From assembly GCF_009914755.1 (NCBI RefSeq), contig NC_060936.1: DNA of 64,000 nucleotides; one strand, written 5' to 3'. The translations under genes and the position numbers were made by a program. Each line of letters starts with the position of its first letter. The first letter of the stretch is position 1. Source of the DNA: the human T2T-CHM13v2.0 reference genome, Homo sapiens. Positions 16,305 to 32,105 of this stretch are shown piece by piece. The notes below the pieces were generated by a model. The model did no database searches. It was not told where the DNA came from and saw nothing but the letters and a program-made list of their open reading frames with translations.

Positions 16305-17344
16305 GTAAGTCAAATTCTTGATTTTGAAGTATTTTCATTTTTCTGTTGGGGCTTAAGGAGATTTATAAATTACATCCCTCTCTTCCCTTCGTGTATTAAA
16401 AAGTTGAGAAACCATATCAGAAGCAAAAATGGAAATTGATGTCAGCTTTATTACTGAACAACTGATTGCAGTACACGACCAAAGAGCAAAGGCTTGACAG
16501 CCATTCCTGCTGATGTCTCCACCCTCTCACACCTCCTCAGTTTAGATCCTACCATTGTCTCTACCCAGGATTGCTGCTTCCTGTAATTCTGTGTATACAG
16601 GAAATAAAAGGCTTAATCTTCAAGGTTGGCAGCCTTTCAACAGATAAGATCTATTCATTTGAGAGATGTGTATCAATGCATGTCTCTCACCAATGATCAA
16701 AGGGGTGAGTGTTCTGTAGGCAAAAACCCAGTGTTCTAATGAACCCCCTTCATGGAAATGAGCAGCCCCTCATGATATTGGTCCCCCTCTTCTTGTCCCT
16801 TCAAGCAATATTTACATTTATAGAAATTCTTCACATGTCTAATTGGTAGGCTACATAATAGGAAAAAGGGAGAACACCAATGCTCATTTCTAACACTAAA
16901 ATTCATATATTAAATGGAGATAACTCTCATATTTCTTTCTCTTTGACCACAAGCTAAGTTTGAGGAATAGAGACAAGAAAAGTGAAGGTCTTTATGTCCT
17001 GCCTGTGGCTCCCAGCTAGATGATGAGGGAGTATTCTCATCCTTTTCGTCTTTTGCCCACATCAGTTAGAGGAATCTGTTCTTGTCTGACTCCTACCTTT
17101 AATATAATCTATACTGCATGTCTGTAGAAATGAGTGCCTATGTCTGGATTCGAACCTGGCCAGATCGCAGGCTTGACGCATGCCAGTGGCTTACTATATA
17201 CATAGTGTATGTGTGTACCACACTGTGACTACTCCCAAACTGTGTGACAATGGGCCCCAGCCCTGTAAGTCCTGCCAGCACGGCTACTTCTTCTTCCATG
17301 CGTGACACCAACTTTAATTAGTCTATGTTATTTTTGTTTTACAG

Positions 17345-17509
17345 ATTTTCTTCCATCACTGAAGAATCTTTTTGGAAACCCAGTATACTTCCTATATTTA
17401 TGTACAAGCACTGTTCAGTTCAATTCTCTGTTCGGCATGGTGACGTACAAACCAAAGTACATTGAGCAGCAGTATGGACAGTCATCCTCCAGGGCCAACT
17501 TTGTGATCG
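17345..17509 (+). CDS. SLCO1C1: SLCO1C1 coding exon (165 nt; [16 protein letters not shown]...RANFVI)
   Basis: Acceptor ttttacag|AT, donor G|gtatgc. Confidence 0.95.
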
Positions 17510-18648
17510 GTATGCTCATCTGCCTTTCATGCTTTCTCAGAGGGACTGTCTTAGAGGTACCTGATTAACTCGGGAATCTTCGAGAAGATTCTTCCAAGAT
17601 TTAGGTAATTTATGACATTTTAGATGAGCTCAAAAAGTAACAAGAATGTTGTAGCAAGAATTATTCACATCTGTGGGTAAGTAACCCAGAGAGCAAGCAG
17701 TTCTTGAAGTGATATCATAGAGATGAAACATGCATTTTATGAGGAGTTTGTTAATAATACTGGATATTTGTCTTTTAAGTGCAGCCGAAACCTCAAAACA
17801 GTGGCCATTTTACATGAACAGTTTCTAGGATTATATAAAATGCACAATGAGATAGGTTAAAAGATGTTCATTCCAAAACAAAACTTGTATTTTCGCGGTC
17901 AAAAAACTTTTCTGACTCCTGGCAACTGAGTTAGTTCAAAGGGTTGTGTTTCTAGCAACACAGTCAATAATAAGATAGAAAAGTATGAAGAAATGAAAGA
18001 AGAGAAACCAGAACTTACAAATACATGACCACCACTGTGGAAGCAACTAGATATTTTAAAAATCAAGATTCGTTTCTTTAATCCATGAACATGTCATTTA
18101 ATGTTACTGTTTCAAGGCATAACATATTTGTTTCTTGGGACATATTCCTTTATGATAGGAGACTCCAGTGGTATAAAATAATTTTCTCTAGTATTGTAAA
18201 AATCAGTCTATATTTCTACCTCTGAAAGAGACCTGGAAGGAGAAAAAAACAGCCAAATGTATTTTAGGAGATATAATTTTTCTATGATAATCTTGGGTAA
18301 TGGGCATATAGCACATGCTAATATAATTGACAGTTTTAAAAGATTTTTCTCCAAAATTCTTGATGTTAAGGTTACGTTACTGAACATTTTTACTTTTAAC
18401 ATCAATTGATTTAAATTAATTTTATTACTTATTGGCTGACCTAAAGAAATATTTTGTGGCTTTTTTCTCCAACACCCCATGCATGCTAATCAATGCTTTA
18501 TATTGATTTTAACATGAATAGATGAGGATTTAAAGTTTAAGAGAGACTTTATTTTATTTCACTTTTATGTCTACATTGAGATATAACTTATCAACAGTTA
18601 AGTCTACAGACCTTAAACAGTTCAGATGGATAATTTTGATATATATAA

Positions 18649-18725
<77 letters not shown>
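18649..18725. repeat. Compound (TG)n(TA)n(TG)n microsatellite
   Basis: 77 nt of uninterrupted alternating pyrimidine-purine. Confidence 0.95.
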
Positions 18726-19064
18726 CACATCCAGCATCCAGAACATACAGAATATTTTAGTTCCCCAGAAAGCTTAACTCTCCTATCAGTCAAAACTTTT
18801 CCCCAAAGCTAATAACTATACTAAACTATATTATCATAGACCAGCCTTGCCTGTTTTTGAACTTCATATAAATTAAATAGTATATTATATACTCTTTTGT
18901 GTCTAGCTTTTTTCAACTGAAGTGAAATCTATGAGATTATTTTATATTGTGCATAGCAGTGGTACATTCTTTTTCATGCTATGTCATATCTTATTACATA
19001 AATAAACCACAGTTTATTCATTTTATAGTTCATGGACATTTGTGTTGTTTTCTGCTTTCAACTA

Positions 19065-19745
19065 ATAGTTATTTATAATACTATAATAGATAATATAATA
19101 ATATATATTATAAATATATAATTTCATATACTATGAAAATAATTATACATACAATTATTTATAATAGCATTATAAATCATTATGTATTTATATGTATATT
19201 TATAGGTAATATTATAAATTTATGATAGTATAAATAATTACATTATAAAACATATATTTAAAATATCTAACATATATTAATATGTATATAATATGTATTA
19301 ATTATATATTATATATATTATAATAAATTATATAAAATAATATATACAACATGATATATAACTATCATATATAATATATAAAATACTTTTTATATTAATA
19401 ATTTTTATAATTATTATTTATATTATAAATCATATAATTATTTATAATAGTATTTTAAATAATTATAGTTAAATAAAGAAAAAATACAAATAAAAATATG
19501 TATTTTAATATGTATTAATATAATATATATTATATTATTTATAATATATTATAGCATATTACACTATAAGATAGTATTATATGCTATATTAAAATTTATA
19601 GTATATTACATATAGTACAGATAATATAGTATAATATATGATATATGGTAATACTATAATAATATAGTAACATCTGGTATTATATATAGTATATTATGTA
19701 TACTATAATATATAATAATAATGCTATTATAAAATTATTTATAAT
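19065..19745. repeat. Extremely AT-rich low-complexity block
   Basis: Seen directly; bounded by 22-bp inverted repeats (see findings). Confidence 0.9.
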
Positions 19746-20914
19746 AGTTAAAAGCAGAAAACAACATTCCACATGTACATTGGTGGGCCACTATGCTCAT
19801 TTTTCATGGTTATACCCTGGAGTGCAATGGACATTTGTGTTGTTTTCTTTTAACTAATAGTTATTTATAATACTATAATAGATAATATAATAATATATAT
19901 TATATTATACTGCTAAGTGCAGTTGCTAAGTCAGAGGGAGAATATGTGTTTAAATAGAGTAGATATTGCCAAAACACACGGAAGTTGTGCAAATTTATAC
20001 TCCTATTAGAAACGTAAGAGCATTCCAGTTGCCCCACATGCTTATCAACACTTGGAATTGTCAATTCTTTTCACTGTAACCATTCTTATGCGGTATGGTT
20101 GTGGTATTTCATGGTGGTTTAATTTGCATTTACCTAAAACTCTATTCTTCAAAGTTTCTGACATGTCATATCTACAGATAATTCAAATACTTTTGTGAGA
20201 GATAAGTAATAGTATCTAACAATTTTACATCGTTATAGCTAGGATTGTTCCTGAGATCATATTGGTTTCACATTAGTAAGTATGGGGTGCAGCCGACTAA
20301 GCGTAAGTGGGCCAATTATTCAATATCCTCTCACCCTTACTTTGATTATTTGTACGATGGTGAAAATAAATATATCACTAGGTTGAAATAAAGATGAAAG
20401 TATACAGATAAAATGCATAGTAAATGCGTATATCTGTCGTTCAATAAATATTATTTCTCTCTTTCTTTTCTTCTTCTATTCAACCTCTCTTTTTCTTATT
20501 TTTTTTTTTTAACTTGGGCTATGGGATAATGATCTTCCTGCAATAAAATATGAGATAGATACAAAGAAGCACATTTCCTTTGCTTCTTTGAGAGAAGGCA
20601 TTTGACATACCATGGAGGGGTAAATAAACAGAAATTTCCCGACATGTTCAAGGGCCAACTGTTACAACGACAACTTAGTCTTCCTGTACATGTTTTTAAA
20701 TGTTAGCCACATTCTTTCTAAAGTTTAGAGATAGCATTTTTTCTCAAGTTAATTACTTTAACTTTGTGGAAAAATATTAAAGGAAAATAAATGACAATAA
20801 AATTTAAATCCAAGAGCTAGGAAGCATTTGTGAAATGATTTTGCTTTTTAAAGTTTGTGGAATTTTAAAAAGATTTTTAATGAAAGAAATTTGGATAGGC
20901 AGCTAGATTTTCAT

Positions 20915-22590
<1,676 letters not shown>

Positions 22591-25059
22591 ATTTAAGCTT
22601 CTCCTATAAATATTAAGTTACATACAAATGATCTTATCTTTTCCTTCTCAATACAGAGACTGTAATAATTTAGTCATTTTTGCATAATTTCTCAGAATGC
22701 TTTTTGTAGACAAGATCTCTAGTAGACAAGATATATCAACTATCATTTATGACAATGATTATCATTCTCAATTTTTGGAGGTGTTACACAGACAAGTAGG
22801 AAAAAATTAAGAGAATAATTTGAAGGAAAGTTGCTTATAAAAAACATTATTTTTTTTTGTGAAGGTCCAGGATATAACATGAACTTTACTAGGAGAGAAG
22901 TTCTAAAACATCTCCAAGTACTATTATTATTATTATAACTCATAACTATTTCAACCCAAGGCATCGGTTTGGAAATCAAAGTTTCTAGCTTGCAGTCTAT
23001 TGTAATTGTGCTGACCATCTCAAACATTTTACACATCCTTCATAACTCCTTTTTACATCAGTATCAAGGAATAAAATCTTTAACCTGATGAGTGTGCTAA
23101 AACAATAATAATTATATAATAAAATGTAACAACAATATAATAATAAATTAGCTCTTAAATGTATCTAAGGTTTTCTGATATCTGGGTAAATATGCATGTT
23201 GAATTCAAAAGAAAACACAGAAAATAAATTGAAACAAATTTTAGACGCTAGTGTAAATTAATATTTCCATTTGGAATACTTCCTTGATGGTAGATGGTAA
23301 AAATTTTTAGATCAACACATTTTATGATGTGGGTGGAGAATAAATCAAAGTTTAATTTCTATCTCACTGAATGATTTAAAAATACCTAAAATGAAAGAGA
23401 AGCCTGGGGAGGGAAGAAACACATCTTATATGATGTGAAGGAAATTTTTTATCAGCTTGACCCACCATGGACAACTTAATACATCCTGTGAAATTTGAAA
23501 GGGAGAATCAAGCCAACGTTATATTTGAAATGTACTAATCTTTTTTGGAGTTGTGTTATAATTTAGTTATCTTGAAATAGGAGAGTAAGATATGCAGGAG
23601 AAGTGCTATACATACACTAAGGTTTATTCAATTAGCACATTTTATTGGAAACCACTGAAAGAACATGGGATTCAATTCAATTAGCCATTCTTCCTTTGAG
23701 GGTTTGGTTGGAGGGTGCGATACATAAACTGAAAAAGCTAGCAGGTAACTGTTAAAGCATCAAGTCTGCTGCCTATGGGCCCCTGCACAAGGAACTCCTG
23801 ATGAGCAAGAAAATGGGGTTCTGATGACCAAGTTTTGAGCCCTGGTGCCAAATATGTCCCCTGGAAGCCCCATATGGCTGGTGGAACCTGTGAGAAGGAA
23901 CTCTACTTAGGGGAAGCTCAGAGTACTCTGGGAGAACAAACCTAATCTTGGAACCAGGAAGAATTCTCAAGCAGAAGATGATGATACCTAAATCAAGAGA
24001 AAAGGATAAGAAAGTATTAAAAGATGAAAGTGTGAGAAAGAGGGTAGAGGTTTTTATCAGTCAAAGCAAATATCTTGTGTGGAAGGATCTGGAGTCAAGA
24101 TAATACATGAAATGTTGTGGAAGTTTCAAGAAAACACTAGCCACCAAAAAGAGGTAAATCAGGAAAGGATATTCCTGATTTTTAACAATTTATACTGAGG
24201 GTGCAGATGTCCCTAGGATTATCCCATTTCAGTTCTCAGGCTATTCTAGGCTGCTGGGGGTCTGGGAGGTCAATGGAATCCAATACGGCACATAGGTACA
24301 GACAAGGTTACACCTTGTGTTATTACTTCTTACGTCCAGGTTCAATTGGTACTTTACAAAATAAAATAAAATGCTAGAAACATGCTCTGAAGGTTTCAGT
24401 TCGGAGTTTGGTTTTCAGAAGATACTTTATTCATAAACCAATTTTGGGGATGGAATTGAGAGAGAAAATGTAGGACCCTGCTGTTTGTGTCAGCTTTGGC
24501 TTTGTGGAAGGCATTCATAGTCAGGTACTATGTTTTATATATTCAGTGCATGTATGTGCGTGTGTAAAAGTAGGCACTTCAAGGATATATATCAAATTCA
24601 TAGCAGCACTTACTTCAGGAGAAAGAAGATGAAACCTGAAACAAAGGGAGAACTAATTTTATCTACTTCCACATTTTAAAAAATCAGAAAATTTAGGAAA
24701 AAATATTAACATTAATTAACTTGGGTCCTAAATAACTGGGTTTGTTGATATATTTTCTATAATCTATTCATTATTTTTGAAATAGTAATCAGGTGCCTCT
24801 AAGTTGACTTTTGGCTGTTCAAGGTTCCAGATTTTCATCTCTGCTGCTTGCCATACCCAGCAACCTCAGTTCAGCTGGAAAAGCAAAAGTTGGCATTTCT
24901 TCTCTTTTCCATTTGACTGACTTCATGATCATGCCCCCTTTAAGGTGGGCTGAGTTCTAATATGATAATTTTAATGTTAACATATACAACCTATGGTCAA
25001 ATAAAAACAGATGAAACAAAATGACCCTTTGTTATCATCTGTACATGTTAGAAATATTT

Positions 25060-25532
25060 TGCGGGGGTCTGTCCTGCAGTCCCCAGCTGCACAACGGCTG
25101 AGACACATACTCAAACACCGATAATCAGTGAAACAGTGGGCCAGGGGGCTGCCGGCACTAGGGGCCCAAGAGAGTTTGCTGCCCCTCCAGACTGGCAACG
25201 CTTGCATTTGTTTAGTACAGATTTAATTGACAAAGGCTTTGAGTCAACACGCCTGTGGGTAATTAACCTGGTTGCCCCCACCCCGGAGATGGCCATCCTG
25301 CCTGTGAATGATCAAAGGTTGATTTTAGGACCACATGAATAAATAAGCTATTTAGATAAACTCCCCTATATTCCTTTGTATCTGTGCCTGAAGTTCTCTG
25401 GCTCCTGAAAAGAGAATCTGGCTGCCTTCAGCCAAACTATCTGAAGTTATGCAAACCACCCCCAGCCTTCCAAGAGGGTCTGCTTCTTTCTATTCCTATA
25501 ATTTCTTCTGCCACTCTGACTGATCTCCCACA
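25060..25532 (-). mobile_element. Solo ERV LTR, LTR22-like (HERV-K22/HML-5)
   Basis: TG...CA ends, 473 bp; minus strand begins tgtgggagatcagtcagagtggcagaagaaattatagg; flanks atattt/atatat. Family assigned from recall. Confidence 0.7.
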
Positions 25533-26169
25533 ATATATATTTTTTAAATAATGTAATAGCAAGCCAAAGACCATTGTATGTTGATATTTAAGGTTCTGTG
25601 ATGCTTTGTTAAGAAACTAAATATATAAACTTAAAAAGAACAAACAAAGGGAAAGAAAGAAGAAAATTTGCATGTCATTATCACTAGATGTCAGTGTTTT
25701 CATTTTTATTTTACAATTTCACATGGGGTTGTAAGTCAGACATGGCTACTTGAGATTATTTTTTACTACAGCAAATGCTGATTTTGTCTTTGAACCTTAT
25801 CTATTGACTACAGTACATGCAAACTTTAGCCCTTTTATTATTCGAAAGAGATGTATTATCTCAAAACCTCAAGAAAACATGGACATCAATGATTGATAGG
25901 TAGACAATATGAGAAATAAATTCTAATTAGCAGAGAATTTACTTATTGTTGAGTGCCAGATTGTTCTTCTTTAGAGTTACAATTTACAATCCAACAAATG
26001 GCACCAAAGTGCCTCTTTTCCCAAGTCTTTTGCAATACAAGGGTTCCATTCCCCACCCCACCTCCAATATTTTCATCTTTGTAAATCGAATGGATAGAAA
26101 TTAATTGCATGACATTTTTTTTTACTAAACATTGTGCTGATAACTCTTCACAAATAATGGAATTTAGTT

Positions 26170-26690
26170 ACCTCAATAATGCTATTATTAGCTCCGTATT
26201 ATAGATGAGGAGACAGGTTTAGAGACATTCAAAGAATTACCTGCAGTTGCACAGCTACTCAGTGGTGGAACTGAGATCTAAACCCAGGCAAGCTGGGTCT
26301 CCAGAGTCTAAGCTCTTAACTACTAAATTGAACCTCTTCCTAGTGTTGTTTACAGCTCACAGTTATTAGATTACTAGTGAGGCTGCACATCTATCCAAAA
26401 AGATAATGTACATCTATTTATCAAGGATACTATTTCCCAAACCCCTGAAGGAGAGGCAACATAGCAGTGATTGAAAGCATAGGACTTGACATCAGTCTCT
26501 TTGCATTCAAATCTGGTTTGCCCACTTACTAAGTGTGGCTATGAACAAATAGCTCTCTGAAGTGAGGCTAATAATATGCCTACTCTTAAGGTTGTGGGGA
26601 AAATTCAGTGTGATAATATTAACATACCAAATGCTTAGTTCAGTGGCTGGTACGTTATAGGCAAGTAAATATAGGTGGTGATTGTTGTTA
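26170..26690. mobile_element. Two MIR remnants in opposite orientation (~26170-26330 and ~26450-26690)
   Basis: atagatgaggagacaggtttagag...ctaaacccaggc and ttcaaatctggtttgcccacttact core motifs. Confidence 0.55.
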
Positions 26691-27155
26691 TTAGGAAGGA
26701 TACCACACTCAAAGCTAGCAAGCTGGATCAACAAAAACAAATTTTGCCAGGGCGGGAGGCAGAAAATAGAAACCAAGACTAAAAAATAAGTTTTCTATAT
26801 TCTATGTGCCTATTATTTTTTATATACAACATTAAAGAACATTAATGGGCACCTAATTGCTACCTAATTGTACTTGTTAATGCTGGAATTGGACCAGAAA
26901 GACCAGAAAGATTTATTGATTCATTTGGTATTTATTAATTTAATACTCTATGCCAGACAGAACCTGAGACTGTGCAGTTGTACCACCATTAATCTATAAC
27001 CTAGATACTCATCATACACTCTTTGTATATGTCAGTAGATGATAGTGACTATTTCTATAATTTAAAGTGACAAAATAGTCTTTAGAAAGTTTGTGTTAGT
27101 ACACTCAAATCTTTTTTAGAGATTCACAAAATGATATATTTTTCTTGTTTCTCAG

Positions 27156-27351
27156 GGCTCATCAACATTCCAGCAGTGGCCCTTGGAATATTCTCTGGGG
27201 GGATAGTTATGAAAAAATTCAGAATCAGTGTGTGTGGAGCTGCAAAACTCTACTTGGGATCATCTGTCTTTGGTTACCTCCTATTTCTTTCCCTGTTTGC
27301 ACTGGGCTGTGAAAATTCTGATGTGGCAGGACTAACTGTCTCCTACCAAGG
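27156..27351 (+). CDS. SLCO1C1: SLCO1C1 coding exon (196 nt; [16 protein letters not shown]...LTVSYQG)
   Basis: Acceptor tttctcag|GG, donor GG|gtatgt. Confidence 0.95.
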
Positions 27352-30300
27352 GTATGTTCCCTCATTAAATAGTTTGAGGATATTGGTTTGTTTAATTAAA
27401 TCAATTATTGGTGGAGTTGCAAAAAAGGAATTTGATTTTTAAACATCATAACTATGGTAAGCAACTTAGTATTTTATTGTGGAATAACTGACAATACTTA
27501 GAATCTGTTATTGTCACCAAAATTTATCATCTCCTTTGATTGTAGAGAAATATAAAAATTGCTAAACCCATATTTTACACTAGAGAACCAACCTGATTAA
27601 TTTAGAAAAACAACATGATAGCAGAAATACAAACCTTGAATAATGCCTCTGTCTATTCTTAATGAAATGATGTACATGTGGTTTAAACTAATCCAACTTC
27701 AATTTTCCCATCTTAAAAACAGAAGTAATAACTACCTTTTAAACTTCTGTAAGGTTTAAGCAAGCTAACATACATGAAAGTGAATGCTACTTGCCTGACA
27801 CAAGCTAAATGTGCCATTCATGGAAACAATTGTTTTCTTCCTCCTTTGAACATCTGAGGAACTGGAGTTACCTCTTTGCAATCCTCCATAGTTGCTGTTG
27901 TGCTTGAATCATGTAAAGTTTCAGGAAACAACGCCTGTCCTTCAACCCAGTGTTCCCCATAAAAGTTCTCTTTAGCTGAGTGTCTTGCAATTGGTCAGGA
28001 GAATATTTAGTGATGCCTTCAGGCCTCTCATCTTGTATGGGGTGGGTGATTACATTGCTTGGTTTCCAGAGTCTCTCTCAATACAAGGTTGAATCTTGTA
28101 GGAACTATATTGCCCTTGCCCATTGAGAGTCTTTCCCATCACTCTACCACTTCACATGAATTTCCAGAGGTAACTTTCTTCATCATTTCACCTATATATG
28201 CATTATTTGTTTTCTAAAAAAATTATCGAGTCTCCATCATGTGCCAGGAAGGCCTTCCCAACTGTATCTGCCTGGCCACCTGAAACTCTGCCTGTGGCTC
28301 AAAGGCAAACACTCCTGACACTATATTCTGTTTCCTGCCTATTCTGTGGCTTCTTGCTTACAGCCTGCTGTCCATCTCCCGTCCTACTCTTGCTTCCCTG
28401 CTTATCTGTCTTGTCTCTATGTTCCAACTTCCATCACCTTTATTAACCTGGTTTCATCTGCTGCTAAATGAGCGCCTGTTATAGTTTTGGCCATCTACAA
28501 TGTTCAGGAAGATTGGTGAATGCAAACTTCATAAATTACGGCTTCTGGGAGTTATCACAGCCACATTGTTAGACTCAGCTGAGTGTAGTGCTGCCTTAGT
28601 GAAAGTCAGTGATATGGATTAAGAATGTTAGTTGTAACAATGAAATGGAAGATGATTCTGGAGAGAGCAGAAGCCCAGTGCCATCTTTAACTGTCCCAGA
28701 AATCCTCACGGTAGAGGGACAGTTGTAGAGGACTTTATAGTTTGTGATTTCCAAAACACCTTAACTTTCATGATCTCATTATATCCTCAAAACACCTTTA
28801 TGAGTTTAGTTTTGTTATCCTTGTTTAAAAGAAACTGCATGGATCTGGGGTTTGAACACAGGCGTGACTCAAAGTAGAACATTCTTTCTGCATCATAATT
28901 TCTAAGCCAAAAGTAAACACAAAGCAGACAACAAAAGCAAACTTTGAGATTCCCATTAAAAGTATTCCTACATAATCAAAGATTAAATATTTTAAACAAA
29001 TAAAAGGTAACATTTTCATTGAGTGAGTACTAGCCTCTTCAAAGGAGTCACCTTGAAAGACTATAATTGTATTGCAGTAATGCTACTGTTGTTTAAAATA
29101 TTCTAAGACTCTTATTTTGAATTTCTTTGTATATTTTTGAGAATATTCTTAACAAGGGCAAAGATTTAACCTTTAAGGAAAAGCTCTCATCTTTCAGCAT
29201 AACTATCTTGAAAGGAAATCTCATTTGGGCATAAACATTCTGGCATATTTGTTAAAACTCGTCTTATAATTAAAATTCTAAATTACAAATCTACTGTCAG
29301 CACATCCTTCAGAAAAGATGTATCCCAATGATTCCTGCCCCTGATGATAAATTAAACTTTCAATACTATAAAGTATTTTTCTTTATAAAATATAAAATGT
29401 TTCCCATGGGTTTTTCCATGTTGCTTTATTCCAAACGCTGTCTTGACCTGAATATTCAATAGGAAAACTGAAGACAAGTCTTAGATATGATAATGGAAGA
29501 AATCTCTCTTCTGCAATAACAAGGACAACTCTGATGTGGACATAAGAATTTACAATCAAGAAACCTGGCAGGGTTCAGTTTCCAGGTTTGTCACTAGCAA
29601 GCAGTGTGAATTTGAGCATGTTACCCACCCACGTAGGGGCTGACTTCCTTGATCTGCCAAGTAAGAGGTTGGCATAGATTACTCCAATGTTCCCTCCAGC
29701 TCCAACCTTCTATAATCTCAGCCCTACAGTTTCCAGAGTTAAATGATTCTAGACTTTAAAAGGCAGTTTTATACTTTCAGATAATACAAACAGTCTCAGT
29801 TAACAATTAAAATTTTATGGAAGAGAATAGGATTAAACATTCCTATAGCACATCTCAGAAGGCCTAGTTCAGTACCCTTTCACACTATTTGGAGACATCT
29901 CAGAGGTCTTTGGTTTGTACTTTTGAGGTGACAAAATTCATCATACCAGTTCTACTAGATGAAGTATTACACTGATTAAGAAATTATGGTTGCCATCATT
30001 AATGACAATACTTCTCAGAGGCAGAGGCTCAAGTGATTAATTTATTTCTCCAAAATAAAGTACCATTTTTTAATTGACTAACTTACTGGAAATTTTGTTT
30101 CTTAGCTTGCTGTGTGACAGGAATTATTCCTGGTTCTGGACATATGGGAGTGAATACAAAAATAGTTCCTGCCTCTCTTGATTGTACAGTTCAGTGTATT
30201 TTTTGTTTGTTTAAGCTCCTCAGCTATCTTTATAAAAAATGGGAGGAAAGATATGAGGAATAAGCAAATAAATAAATTTGAAAATAAGGAGCAGAAAAAA

Positions 30301-31355
30301 TGAAGTATGGAGGGCCAATGAATGGCACATATGGTGCAGATAGAAATGACATACCATTGCAAAAGTTCCTTTTGAGAAGAGTAGAGGAATATGAATAGTA
30401 AAAAAAAGGATAAAAGCAGAAGGATTAGGCCATTCAGGTGACAGAAAAAAAAGTGAGGGAGAGAGAATACTGGGAGAGATGAAGGATAAATATAAAAGCG
30501 AATGGCAGAGAACAAAAAAAAAATGAAGGAGAAAAGAAAGAATGCAATCACAATTTTGTGAAATAACTCAAAAAAACCAATTTTGGGGGGGGGGTGCAAA
30601 TTTTGTCTCATTAATGTTTGTAACCATCTCCTATTCTCCCGGAGCTAGCACTTAGTAGGCTTCCAGTAAAATTTTATCAACAAATAAATGGGTAAGTCAT
30701 TGAACTTACTTGTGAATTTGAGTAAGAAAGGATGCTATAAGATATGAAAGAGCACTATACACTGGCAGGATACACAGGAGAAAGGTTGAATGAACTGGGA
30801 ATGCACTTGTTGGTTACACACATGCAAGAGGACATGTAACTCCTGCAAACACTGAAAGAGAATTAACTGATAACTGATTGGCTATTTTTCCTTTTACTGG
30901 ACCATTAGTAATATCCATTCCACTCATACTTAGACAACAATTCTGAATGAAATTTGCACACACACAACACACACTCACACCCCACCTGTGATGCATTGAA
31001 GTAGTGTCATAAATTGCTCTAAAAGTTTACTTTTCTACCTTGTTAGCTATTTTTATACACCTTTGCACAGAAGTATATTAGAAGATCCTAGAGGCTGTAG
31101 ACTGAAAGCTATAAGCTAAGAACTGGACATCATGTGAATTTGTAAACCTCTAAAGATAACTTTCAAGAGAAAGCTGTTTATTAGTAAACTCACATTTCAT
31201 GACCAGAAGCTGCCATTTCTGATGACAACTGTGTTTCTAAAAGGCAAATTTTGTTCGTAGTATCATTTATATCACTCAAGAACATTGATTTTTTGAAAAT
31301 ATTCGGGTGCTACCTGCTAAGAGGTAATATTTTATATTGTTATATTTCTTTTCAG

Positions 31356-31521
31356 AACCAAACCTGTCTCTTATCATGAACGAGCTCTCTTTTCAGATTG
31401 CAACTCAAGATGCAAATGTTCAGAGACAAAATGGGAACCCATGTGCGGTGAAAATGGAATCACATATGTATCAGCTTGTCTTGCTGGTTGTCAAACCTCC
31501 AACAGGAGTGGAAAAAATATT
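31356..31521 (+). CDS. SLCO1C1: SLCO1C1 coding exon (166 nt; [55 protein letters not shown]; Kazal-like loop)
   Basis: Acceptor ttttcag|A, donor ATT|gtaaga; translated by hand. Confidence 0.95.
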
Positions 31522-32105
31522 GTAAGAAATCACCTCTCAAGTATATGGCGATGGTCCTGTTACAATATAAACAACAAAACTCTATGGGGGCTCACAGCAG
31601 ACCACTACTAGTAGGAGGCTTGCCTCTTACCTCTGCCTGGTCCTTTTTTGTAGAAAAAGAAAATGTTATAACCATTCCTAGTGGTACTGGAGTTGCTGAA
31701 AAAATTAGGGTGAGAATTAGAGTCATCAAATAGGGTGGAAGAGATTTTGTAATTATGTAGTCTATTTCTCTCATTTTGCTTATAAGAAGTGTTAGCCCTG
31801 AATTAGAATGTCTGTCGTATGATCATCATAATAAGATATGCTTTCAGATCCATGTCCCCTGGCCCTAAGATCCGTGGTCCTTGGAGGTTTTAGGGAATGA
31901 ACAAATAGAGGCCAGTATTAGGAGGCTTAGCTCCAGAGATTCTAGACCTTGGGGTCAGGGATCTGATAATGAGGAGGTTGATGGTTCTAGGACAACTTTG
32001 GAAAATCAAGCCAATTTGTATAATAATGAAAGGGCAGGTGGGCTGGAATGGAGGGTTTCCATAGGGCAGAAGAGGGAGATGAGGTAGGAAATATAGGTAG
32101 GAATC

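Larger units (their letters stand above)
18550..20135 (-). mobile_element. Old L1M 3'-end relic carrying a microsatellite and an AT-rich expansion
   Basis: L1M-like phrases (ttgcctgtttttgaacttcatataaat, tggacatttg, ttccagttgccccacat, gtggtttaatttgcattt); boundaries approximate. Confidence 0.65.

Noticed and set aside
17125-17200. tRNA gene on the minus strand
   Set aside because: Only a B-box; the T-stem, acceptor stem and A-box do not form.
30102-30611. 169-aa hydrophobic minus-strand ORF
   Set aside because: Phe/Leu-rich translation of an A-rich low-complexity intron stretch; no motif or splice support.
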